From the NCBI GenBank assembly GCA_905178155.1, contig CAJINV010000019.1:316475-380474 (forward strand): a stretch of DNA of 64,000 nt. Reading direction: 5' to 3'. The stretch comes from Amoebophrya sp. A120. Its lineage: Eukaryota; Protista; Dinoflagellata. Shown here in pieces: positions 50,432-62,100 of the stretch; position 1 is the stretch's first letter, and every line of letters starts with the position of its first letter. The notes under the pieces are model-generated. The model did no database searches, was not told where the DNA came from, and saw nothing but the letters and a program-made list of their open reading frames with translations. The position numbers were made by a program, and so were the translations under genes.

Positions 50432-52600
50432 TTAAAAAGCTGTGGAGACAAAAATTCTTCTTGTGGCTAAAACCGCATTAGAAGTTGTTGTATTAATCAT
50501 CTTCATCCCCAGCTTGTAGATATAGTTTTTGTTGCAACGTCTCACCGCAACCGCGTTCTGTTCGTCTACCGCCTTACATTCGGTACTTCTGTTCGCGTCA
50601 TTTTTCTGCGTTGCGGATGCGAGGCTTGATGCGTTGTCACTTTCAAGAACGAGATCTAAGACAAGTACAGCATCGTGGTCCGCAACTCCATCTACACCTG
50701 CTGCAGGTCTGCGAGGTACAAAAATTGAGAAAAAGGATGATGAGCTACAACGGCGTCTAGCAGTAGCAATTCTGTGTTTCGTAAAAGTTGCTCTTTCCTC
50801 GGTGGAAGTGACTGACAGGTCTGTGCTGTTTTTTGGCACGACATCCACGAGTTTGTTAATGTCGAACTGCAATTGTTCAAGGAAAATTAGCACGCTAATA
50901 CTTCTTGATAAAACTGACTGTGATAAAGAAAAAAGCTTCATTTAGCCCCGTTCACTCCTTTAAAAATTGTCTCCATGTCCTTTCGCATGCGCCAGTGCCC
51001 GCCGACGGCTGGTGTATGGATGTGTTTTCACTTTCAGTTGAAGAAGTGATTGCGAGTGCCTTTCTTGTGCATAAGAGACATCCGTAAAAACAAAAGACGC
51101 AAAAAGTAAAAACAACTACAAGGCAGCATAAAATAAATTGATACGTCCCTTCGTCTTGTCGTAGAAGTCCGAGACGTTCTCCGTCTTCGCTTTGTACGCC
51201 AGCAGCTCGAGGGCATAAAAATCCCGGCGGTTATGGATCGAAATTTTTGCAGTGTCACGAACGGATATTAAACAGAATGCAGTACGATACGTGCCATGCC
51301 AGGAACATATAAGATCATCAGTACTACTACACTGATAGTGTTGATCTACTTTCGCAACAAATGATCACGAAGATGGTCAGTGTACACCTGGACAACAAAA
51401 AATTTTGCAGAATGTAAGTCTGCTCGTGAATTTCTTTTTTATCTTCATCATCATCTTCGTCGTCCTGATCCTGCAATACAAATTTGCTGCTTTCCTTGGA
51501 TATTCTCGGCCACGGATGTACTGGTGCAGCAGTAATGGCACGGTGCATGGCCACACGACGGTACCTGGGGCAATGTATTTGTCATGCTATAGCATAGACT
51601 GCAACATCATCAGTGATAGTTGTACACAATAATGAAAACGTGGTCATGCCAAACATCATGCGACGCTGTGTAGTTGCTTCATCTGCAAACCGCTGACTGA
51701 GCTTCTAAAAAACATACAAAAGTAATCCCACAACAAATACGGCAAAAAGTTCCCGCTTTAATCACCCTGACCCTGCCCCAGGCGGTCATTCTTGGGGTGA
51801 TAAACGCAGTGTGCGCCGTTTTCAGGATTCCGCCCAAAGCTTCCATCTTGTCAGGTTTTTTGTCCTCGTCAGGTACCAAGCAAATCAAGTACTCCAGCCC
51901 AACACGAAACTTCGTGCAATCCAGCAAACCACTACACACAGTAGAAAAGAACTGACCAGATAAAATTTCACGGTATCAGAAACAATGCCCTGGCTTGCCT
52001 AGCCCGAGCGTGCACCGCTTATACATGCGTAACTCTCCTGTATTATCCAAAGAACAAGCAGCGCAAGAAAGAGCCATGTCTCGTCGCAGATGAAAAGCAG
52101 CAACTGTATCTAAGTCGGTTCTAAGGCAGCAAACATCTCCTGAGAGTGAAGCAGACGGATGAAAAAAGTGCTACTACTCTACTCTCGCGTACTTCGGCTC
52201 TGTGTTGTCGCTCATTCCTCAAAGCTCCACAACAGGCAGAAAAAAAAACAAGTACTTAATACAGGCACGTACAACTAGAACAGAAAACCCGTACGATCAG
52301 ACCAAGACTTCCGCATCCGGTTCCAAACACGGTTTACTCAGTTTCAAATGACTGTATCATACCGTGCTGCTTTCTTGTCGTTTTGAGGTTCCTTGAAAAA
52401 TTCTGTATACTTCGCTGTCTGCGTTCTTGACATGAGTCGATAGGCCGCCAAATGGAGTACTTATTCCAAACTTTCCGTGCTGTGACTCAGGATGTAGTCG
52501 TACTTAGCAGATTTTTTCTGTCGGGACCCGAAGAAGATACCTATTGTCCTTTCACAGGCCCGACGAGAAAATTGTGTCTGGGGGTACCATAACACAGCCG
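50432..52600 (-). CDS. Possible multi-exon hypothetical gene
   Basis: Short protein-like frames ending at GT donors (e.g. HNRRDFYALELLAYKAKTENVSDFYDKTKG near 51150-51235); no homology recognised. Confidence 0.25.
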
Positions 52601-52760
52601 GAGGTCGACAGGAGCAGTCGCGGGTAGTTTTTGTGTAGCGCTGGTCAGAAGCAAGACTAGGAGTGGGAGTTGTCGTGAGAAGTAGATAGATTGTTCCTCA
52701 CGCCGATGATCCACGATTGATCGCGTTTGCTACTTACCCGCACGAGGACAAACTTGTTTC

Positions 52761-55112
52761 TTAACCCATCACGACATCGCCGTCCTTGTCCAGAGTGTTC
52801 CCTTCTTCGACGATTATTCTCTTCTTGAACAAATCTGACCCGGCAACCACTGGCGTGCAGCCCTGTGAGGATGTCGATGTTTAGGTGTTGTGAATTATGC
52901 ATAACAGTTTCACCTCACATGCAAATAAGGAAATTTTCATGCATGCTCAGGCATGGAAAATAAATCCAATGCATGATAGATGTGCTCCTTATGAATTGCA
53001 AAAGTATCGCACTCGTATAAATGCATTACAAATTTCCCCAGCATGAGAAGTAAAATTTGTCATGCGGATTTACCTTCAGAAAAAAATTTGTAATGCATGA
53101 CTGCAATACGAGTACTTACAAAAAAAAAGACGCACTGTTTTCCTTACCATGGGGAAGGGTGCGAACTCCGCCTTGTAGGCCTTCTGGTTTTCGCTTCTGT
53201 AGGCTCGGATGTGCTTCTTGCCTTCCTCTTTCAAATGCAAAAATGTCTGGGTCTGGAAGAATCCGAAATTTGTTATGCTGTTTTTGGATGACACAGAATG
53301 TCTGTCAGGGAAGCCCTAGCATCACAGATTTTTAGAGGCCTTCCTGATGCGTATTCCGCATGACAAATGCCCTCCACGCGTAGCACAAACCGGACTCCTC
53401 TTGCTGGTCATGCAATACAGAATTTTTTACAGTCCAAAGTTAGCATCACAAGTTCCAACCTTCCAGACCCAGACACTTTTGCAATCCATATCCTTCGTGA
53501 TAACGCAAATGTCGCAGTTGCCACCGGATCCAAGGTCGTTGAAGATACCTTTTTTCATAGATTCACCGGTGTTATCTTTGTTCTCATGTTCGTACTAGGC
53601 TGGATACGATGTTTCACGAAATCACATGAGAAATTGAAAACGGTCGCACTTGAAGATGAAAACAACATAGAGTATTCGTATTGTTTCTCGTCATGCTAAA
53701 TAATCGCTGACGATACCGGCTGATATTGCGTCGGCTACAAGCTCCTTTCCCTCCTCAATGGTCATGTTTTCTCGGTACCTCATTTCCATAACGGCCATTG
53801 CTGCCAGGGAACCTGTTTTCATTTATTGATTTTGATTTTCATCGTTGCTGATACGCGACACAGGAAAGGAGTGCGAAGTAAAGATACGCCTGGTTACTGT
53901 CCCTAAACCTCCTGCTTGTTGCAGCGATGCATTTACATTTAGCATGACAAGTAAAAAAAGCAAACATACCTGATCCCATGGTGGTGTATGGTAGCTTGTC
54001 TGTTGACCCGTGTGCGTGAATTTGGTACAGATGCGGCCCTTTCACATCATACCCTCCGAGGACCAAATGGCACCCGATGTGGCCCTGGTGTAAGATGCAT
54101 TTGGGTTTTATTTCATTCTTGGTTTCCTTTTCAGCGTCGTGAGTCCTACAATCCTCGTCCATGGAGTTCCGCTATAATCCAGCATCATGACAAGCAGTGC
54201 CATCTTCTGTCCTTCACGACAAGGTGAAGCACATCTTCGAAACAGAAAAAGGAAAAAACCACCAGCAGTTGTCACCAGTGCTTCTTCACTGGTCATGCTC
54301 ATGCATGCGCTCAGAATTATCATGTATCTATACTAGTACTTTCTTACCTGATATCTGAACAGCATCTGGCTGAGCCTTCTGACCACGGTGCAGACCCTTA
54401 CTTCGGTTCCCACATTCAAGGAGTGGATTTCCATTTGTCGCTGCATCAGTTCCGTTGTCGCGGTCAAGTCGGCGCTCGTTCCCGCCCCCGCGCACTGGAT
54501 GTTATCCGCGATGGGGTGGAGCTTGTCCGCGTTTTTGTCGGCTACTATCGCGCCAGCAGTCGCTCGCGTGTCCGCCCCAAGAATAACGGCATCTGTTGAT
54601 TTATTTTGGAGGTGGATTTATTTTGTTTCACTTACTACAGAAGATGAACTCGCATGCGTTTGCGTTAAGCGTAAGGAACTACCTCTGACGCAAAGGAAAA
54701 GGAACATGGTACAAACTCCACTTGTGAAAAATGATAATCACAAAAATATACTGCCGCAAACGATGCCGCAAATTGTCGTCCCGGTCTTCTTTGCCTGCGG
54801 GAAAGCAGCCTTGCCGGTCAGCGCTCTTGCCTGTGTGTGGTTTTGTGGTTCTTGATTCATGTTTTAGCTGTTGAACACATACAAAAACATAGATAAACAA
54901 GAGTGAAGCTATGCATGACAAACAGCGATCGGAATTTCTTGCAGCGTTAAATTGCGTTTCCGCATGGCAAGTAGAAACCAATTTATTTCCAATACCAGTC
55001 GTGTGTTCCTGGCACAATTGCTGAAGTCGAAACCTCCTCGGTCCAGCTCTTTCAAGTAGTCGAATTTGTCGGCCTTTTCCTGCCGCGTCGTTTCCACAGC
55101 CGCTGCTGCCAT
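52761..55112 (-). CDS. PSMB7: 20S proteasome subunit beta-2 (PSMB7/PUP1 type)
   Basis: [11 protein letters not shown] propeptide, [61 protein letters not shown]; GT-AG and GC-AG introns, 1 complete TIR element. Confidence 0.95.
52990..53113. mobile_element. Truncated family H element inside a GT-AG intron of PSMB7
   Basis: Left TIR TATGAATTGCAAAAGTATCGCACTCGTA intact; right TIR stops after TACGAGT; host intron 52863-53147. Confidence 0.8.
53229..53490. mobile_element. Family A TIR element
   Basis: TSD TCCTC/TCCTT; left end TTT. Confidence 0.87.
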
Positions 55113-56139
55113 GGTCCACAGACTTTTTCGGCGGTCGTTTTTACCGTATCAATTTCTGGACCGTTGTCGCTAGTATCGCAGCTTCAAGATGAGCGGCAAA
55201 AGCGCACCAACCTTCGCCACGTTTTCAAGTTGATGAGTGGCAGTCGTTGAGTGAAAAAGTATACGGATAACGATCGGTCTCTTTTCTACAAAGAGTCTGT
55301 CAACAGCTGCTTGTGCTTCTGTGGTCCGCTACTATCGATTGGAAAAATTTTTTGAGTAGGGAATCAATGATGAAGAATAGCCTCTAGGTAGTACAATGCT
55401 GTTTCCGTGTGGTTGTAGTGTCGCTGTTCTTGTATAGTAAACCAGGCTGTTGAACTAAAACTAGAAATAAATGAAAGAGAAGGTGATGAACAACTGATAG
55501 CGATGTGCACCTTCCGTTCACCTTTAGGGATCTTTTCTGTTCTTTCTCGGTAAGCGTTGAGATCCCGTTCCAGTGCGAAGCTGATGATCTTGATCTTTTG
55601 GAAATAATACGTACTGAAAGTGTAGTTCAGTGTAGCAACAAGTTTTTCTTGCGCGGATGAACAAGTGGCAGTGCGTTCTGCCCAACGTGATAAGTAATCC
55701 GACTATGGTGACCAGGCATCCCTCATGAAGGCCGAGCGGTATTGAGAGGTAAGTACAACCTCTTGCGCCACCAGATCTGGTGTCTTGATGTTCTTGCTGT
55801 TTCGAAAAGCCTAAGTGTCCCCGGAAAAGAAGTGCAGTTGTTACGACTCCTGGCGGGGGCCCTAGTTTTCCTTTCGATTCGCCGTTCAACTTCAAAGTAT
55901 CAAAGACGTCAATTCTATATGCTATAGCTTGTCCTTTTGTCGCTTTCGTGTTTCTTATTTTCAGATAGATACCAAGTATCACCGTGATGATGATCATGTC
56001 GCACTTTTGTAAAAATCATGGTCAGCATGTGTCGTGTATTTCATGGGTTCAAAAAATCTTCCATCGTTGTCGGTGTCTGTTCCCAAGAATCTTTCATCTT
56101 CCGCCCGACCACAGTCCCCTCCCCACGCGGCTGCTTTTA

Positions 56140-59100
56140 TCACCCCAGCGTCCCGACGCTCTGCAGGGCCCCGGCCACTGTGTCGACCGCTGCGTCGGTG
56201 GCGCCCTTGATGGCGATGTTTGCGGTCGGGTGACCAGGCGTGAATTGGGCGTGGAGAAAGACCTTTGCGTTTCCGCTTATGGTTTGCCCAGCAAGCATCG
56301 CTTCCTGCCCGATGATCTCGACACGACCGACCCCGAGGGTTTGTTCCAATTTCTGCACCAGGACGTCGCAAGTGGGGACCTGATTGTCGATAGATGTAAG
56401 TAAATGCTTGCAATAGTCTATGTATCTGCAGCTTCAGGGGGAGAACAATGAATCCTATTTGGACCTTCTCAAGGTTGATGGACATCAACATGTTGATTCC
56501 CAAAAAAATGCAAAGGATGAAGACCCTTCCAGCACACAGAATGAAAAAAAAGGCCGTTATTAACATCTTCACCCACCGCTCAAAATTCCTAGTACCGATG
56601 GCCCCAGCCTGACAGCGACGCTTCTTTCCGCGGGTAGCGTGCCCCACTCCGCTCCGAGTTGGTCGATTTTTATCGCGAAAGGCGTCAAGACGTGGGGTCG
56701 TTGATCAAGCGTTTTTACCGGAGACCGGGGGAGGGGGGAGAAGGTGTTATTTCCAACGACGGGTGTCGCTGTCGCAAGTCCTGGGGAGGCCGATGATGAA
56801 AAGTCGAGGGACAAGAGATCGTTTCCGGTGGGGGGAGCTTCCGTTCCTGTTCTCGCAGTCGGACCCCCGGGAGAGGTAGATATGAGCAGGTCTGCAGCAG
56901 ATGAGGTTTGTCCAGTTGAGGCTGCTGGTGGTCCAAGACTCAGCAAATCTTCCTCCGCGCCACCTAGCAGATCGCTGCTGGATCCCTGCGCAGGGTAATT
57001 AGGATTTTTGGTAGTGCCACTACCACCACCGGCTCCTGAATCAAGTAGATTTGATGCCCCGTTTGGATCCCCAAGTAAGTCCACCTGCTTCTGCTGCGCG
57101 TCGTCCGCCGGGCTGGTGTGCGTTGTTGTCGTAGAGCTCGTTGCGTTCGAGGAAAGAGACAGGCTCGCTGCGACCTTCTGTTGGTGTGCCGTGCCCGCTC
57201 CGGGTGGCGGCTATCAAATGTAAAAATGTCTGGGTCTGGAAGGCTGCAACTTGTCATGCACATTTTACATGGCCCATGACGTCTATGATGTACTCCCTAG
57301 CATTACAGATTTTCTGAGTGCTTCTTGATGCCTATTCCGCATGACAAATGGCCTCCCCGCGTAACACAAACTGGACTCCTCTTGCTGAGCATGCACTACA
57401 GATTTTTCTAGAGTCCAAAGTTAGCATCACAAGTTCCAACTTTCCAGACCCAGACATTTTTACACTTCATAGCGGCTCAGGTTGCACGGTAACCGGCTGC
57501 GCGGGCGTCGCCGTCATACCGGAAAAGAGCGCTGCGGCCATTTTTTCTCTTTCTATCAAAAGAAAAAACGTCTGGGTCTGGAAACTTGTGACGCTGGGTG
57601 GCGTCTCATGACGAGGCTACAGATGCTGGCTCAGCATGACAAGTTTCTGAGCTTCTAGGTGTTGCCTATTCCGCATGACAAACTGCGCTTCCGCATCACA
57701 GAAAAACGGAGATCTTGGGTAATGTGCATGACAGATTTAAGAGTCATGCCAGACAAGCATGACAAACATGAATTCTTCAAGACCCAGACATTTTTACATT
57801 TGATACTTTCGGTCTGTCGCTTATTCTCCATCGGCGCGGGCCTGGGCGCTGTTTGGGGCTGGGAATTAGTCGTCGTGGCTCCAGTTGATTGAGAACCTGA
57901 TGCTACGCCTGCCGCTGTGGTGGCCGTCCCGGTAGAACTTGCCGACCCCCCGGCCACATTGTTGGGCAGTTGCTGCGGCTGCAGTGCGGCAGGCTCGTTG
58001 TACCTGGTAATTTTGCAAAGTGAACTTTAATTGTATATTACGGGTAGCAAGTTTGGAAAGTGAGTAAACACTGCGTGCGAGTAGGTGCTGGCATCTCGTC
58101 CCTTCTCTTGGTTCTAGGAGAATACAGCTCTGCAGGAGAAATGGTGTTTTCTCACTCCAACTACCGGCAAAATAGGACGACGACGACGAGAATTACATAT
58201 CATAGACATGTATACGACCATCATTTTCATCGTTCATCGATCTCTGGCGTGCAAAAACACTTACCCTGCCGGCCCCCATTTTCTCGCCGCATTTTTCCCG
58301 GTCGTTTGCAAGCTCAGCCCCCCTGCTTTCTCGCTGTTCACGTCGAATAAGCCGCCGAGCCCCGCATTCTGCAGCTTGCCCTGCATCCCAGGTTCCGCAG
58401 CGGAGGACCCACTTGACCCGCCTTGTGCTAATGCTCCGGAAACACTGCCCGCCCCTCCCAACAAATCCCCCGAGCCGGCGCCTGCCATCAGGCCGGAGGG
58501 CGTGTGCATCTTCGGGCCGACCTTTGGCGCTTCGTAGGGGGTGAAATTGATCGCGGCTTTGTGCAACGGCTTGGTACTTGATGTTCCCGAAGGATTTGCA
58601 CTGTTGCCGCTGTCTCCACCCACCCCACCCCCGGACATTTTCATCTTCCTCCGCTCCTCTTTCGTCAAATACCGACTACTTGCGTCCGCGTTCCGGGAAA
58701 CGTAATTGTTCAGAAAAGACAAATTTTTGTCGACCGCGACGTCCTCGCAAGATCCGTCGAAGGGCAAGACGATCTGCATCACCTTGGTACTGCTTTGCTC
58801 GACCATGCGTTTGAGCTCGTAGCACCGCTGCTGCAAATCCGTGGACCTCGACTCCCGGTACTTTTCGACCACCTCCAAAATTGCCGCGTCGTTGCGCAGC
58901 AGAATGTCGTTCTGCGCGGTCAGCTTGGTCAGCGCCGAGATCAAAAAGCATCTCGTTTCTGTTATAACCCGCTCAGGTGTTACAGTCTCAAACGTTACAA
59001 TAGAATATGGAAATCTGTGATGCAAGAAGTGCATGAGCTAACCTACTCTCACAGGATTGCGCATGACAAGTTTCGGAGCCCCAAACCGCACTAGAATCTG

Positions 59101-62100
59101 CCGAAATTTGTATTGCAGAAAGTGGAACGCTCTGCGAGTCTGTCATGCTCATCATGCAACACAAATTCTAGATTTTATTGTACCGTTTGAGATTGTAACT
59201 TTTGAGCAGGTCATATCTGTCGCCGTGGCGCCGCTGCTCGTCCCGCCGGACTGCGCAATACCGGTGGAGATGATCTCTGTCGTCGTGCTGCTGGTCCACT
59301 TGGACAGGCAGTCGCAGAGCAGATCCGTGATCTCATTCACGTTCCCGCGGTAGCCGTATCAAATGCAAGTAAGTCTGGGTCTGGAAGAACAATGTCATGC
59401 AGATTTTGTATGACGCATGATGTCTGTGATGCATGCCGTAGACTTTCTGATGCCCTTACCGCATGAGAAATGCCCTCTCCGCGTATCAAAAAGCTGGACC
59501 TTTTTTGCTGTTCATCATGCAATACAGATTTTATGTCGAGTCCAAAGGTAGCATCACAGGTTGCATCTTTCCAGACCCAGACATATTTGCAGTCCATAAG
59601 CCGTCCAACGTACACAAAGACCCGTACTCGCCGAGCACCCACGCGATCACCTGGATCAACACGTCGGGGAAGCGGGACCCCTTGTCCGTCCCATTGCCGT
59701 ACTTCTCCAGCAGTTTCACAAACGTGTTGACCGTGTACACCCGGAATTTTTCGTCCTCTTCGTCCGACGTGCCCGTGCCCTCGGCGACGAAACGCATATC
59801 AAATGTAAAAGTGTCTGGGTCTGGAAGATTGCCAGGTTTGTCATGCACATTTTGCCTGACTCCTGATGTCTGTGATGCATGCCCTAGCATCACAGATTTT
59901 GTGCGGGCTTCCTGATGCCTATACCGCATGACAAATGCTCTTTCCGTGTAGCAAAACTTGGGCTCTCTTTGCTGCTCATGCGATACAGTTTTTTTTCGAA
60001 TCCAAAATCAGCATGACAGGTTGGATTCTTCCAGACCCAGACATTTTTACACTTGATAGCGCATCAGATTGTGCGACACGGTTTGCGGCAGCAAGTCGCC
60101 CCCCAGCTGGAACACGTTGTATCAATTGCAAATATGTCTGGGTCTGGGAAATTCTGAGATGACTTGTCATGCACGTTTTACATGAGCCATGATGTCTGTG
60201 ATGCATGTCCTAGCGTCGCAGATTTTTTGAGGGCTTCTTGATGCCTAGTCCGCATGACAAATGCCCTGCTCTCCGCGTAGCAAAAATTGCGTTCTCTTTG
60301 CTGCTCATGCAATACAGATTTTTTTGGAATCTAAAGGCAGCGTCACAAGTTGCATTTCTCCAGACCCAGACATCTTTGCATTTGATACGTTGGTCATGGT
60401 GTCCAAATACCAGTCGTTGGACGGCGCGTACCGCTCGGCGAGTATCGCAAGGAAAAACTGTTTCACTGTGGACTTGTGATGCAGAAAGTGTATCGCAGAC
60501 GTCTTTGTCTTGCTACATATGCAAGAAAGTGCGTTTTTAGGCGTGTCTTTCCTTGGGTGGCTCGCATGGCAAACTTCCTTTGTGATGCAAAGCAAACTTG
60601 TGATGCAGAAGTTGCAAAATCATCACAGTGAAGCAGTTTTTTCGTGGGATAGCGAGGGTGCAAATCCTACTCGTGAGCTCCTTGCGCAGGTGGTTGTCCT
60701 GGGTGGTTTGCAGGTGGAAAAGAAGCTTCTCGGCTATCCTGTGCAAAAGTATCGCACTCGTAGTAATTGCAATCATGCATCACAAATTTTTTTCTCAAGG
60801 TAAATCCGCATCACAGATTTTATTTCTCATGCTGAGAAAGTTTGTAATGCATTTATACGAGTACGATTATACTTTTGCAATTTATATCGGCGACGACCGT
60901 GCAATTCTGCGGGTTCGTCATCTTATACCTGACAGTGTATGGGGGCGGTCGTACCTTTTGTTCTTCATGTCTTGTCATGCGAAGGTCATGTGATGAGAAG
61001 AACTCTGTGTCATGATACGCATGGACGAAAACCTCTTGATAGCATATTATACAGCAAATCCAGCGTCTTTCGCTTGAGCGTTTCATCCGGATCCTCCAGG
61101 CAATCTACTACGACCATCTGATGCTCAGCAGCGTATTTCGGATTCATCTGCACAATCGCTGCGAGGCCGGTGACGCCCAGGTACCTTGATTTGTGGTAGA
61201 TGATGAGTGAAGTTTGATGCCAACATTCATCACACGCGCGACGACTATGATGTACGTACTTATCCTTTCCTATGATGTACGTACTTATGTATCAACTTGC
61301 CCGGCGGCTTCATCGCGACGTTGTCATAACAAACAAGTAGAGAGAAAACAGAAGACAGAAGCATGCCATCCATCATCAGCAATACAAGTTTTCACTTTCA
61401 GTATAAAGTACTTCAAATTGTGGTTGTCACTGGAGATGAAGCGCGAGATGGACTGCGCGGCCTGCTCCAACAGGGGCGGATGCGGGTAGATTTTGGTGAT
61501 GGTGTTGACGCACTCGTACAAAATCGCGTAACCGACGTTGACGCCCATGTCGGATTTCTTCATCATTTCCCCCAAAAGCGGGTACATCAACTCGCTGGCC
61601 TTGGGGTCCGCGTGCCCCAGCGTGCCCAGGATGGACAATAGCTTGATCTGGATCCAGGGGGCCGGCACCCGGTGGTAGTCGAATTCCCGCGGCAGCCGGT
61701 GGTCGATGATTTGCTTCAGGATGGACAAAAAGCTCGGCACCAGGTCCTTGTTCGCGATCGTGTTCTGCTTGGCCAAGTCGTGGAGCATGTACAGACTGGC
61801 ACCCATCACAGACGGGTCCTGGTCGCAGAGAACCTGGGGATGGGGGAGAAGTTATTTTTGTGTTTACTGGCGGCAGGGATTTGTTCTTCTTCTTTCATAA
61901 TTTACTTCGCATAGCGATCACAAATAATATCATGTTGTTGATCTGCAGTAGGAGCGAAGACATGATTTGCCATGCATGTATCATATACCTTCCTGACATT
62001 GTCGTTACAGCTGGTTGCAATGTTGCTGTCGAGCTTGTAAATTTTGTGCAGAGCCTATCCAAGAAAAAAAGTGTGTCAGTGTAACTTTCTTTGGCCGACA

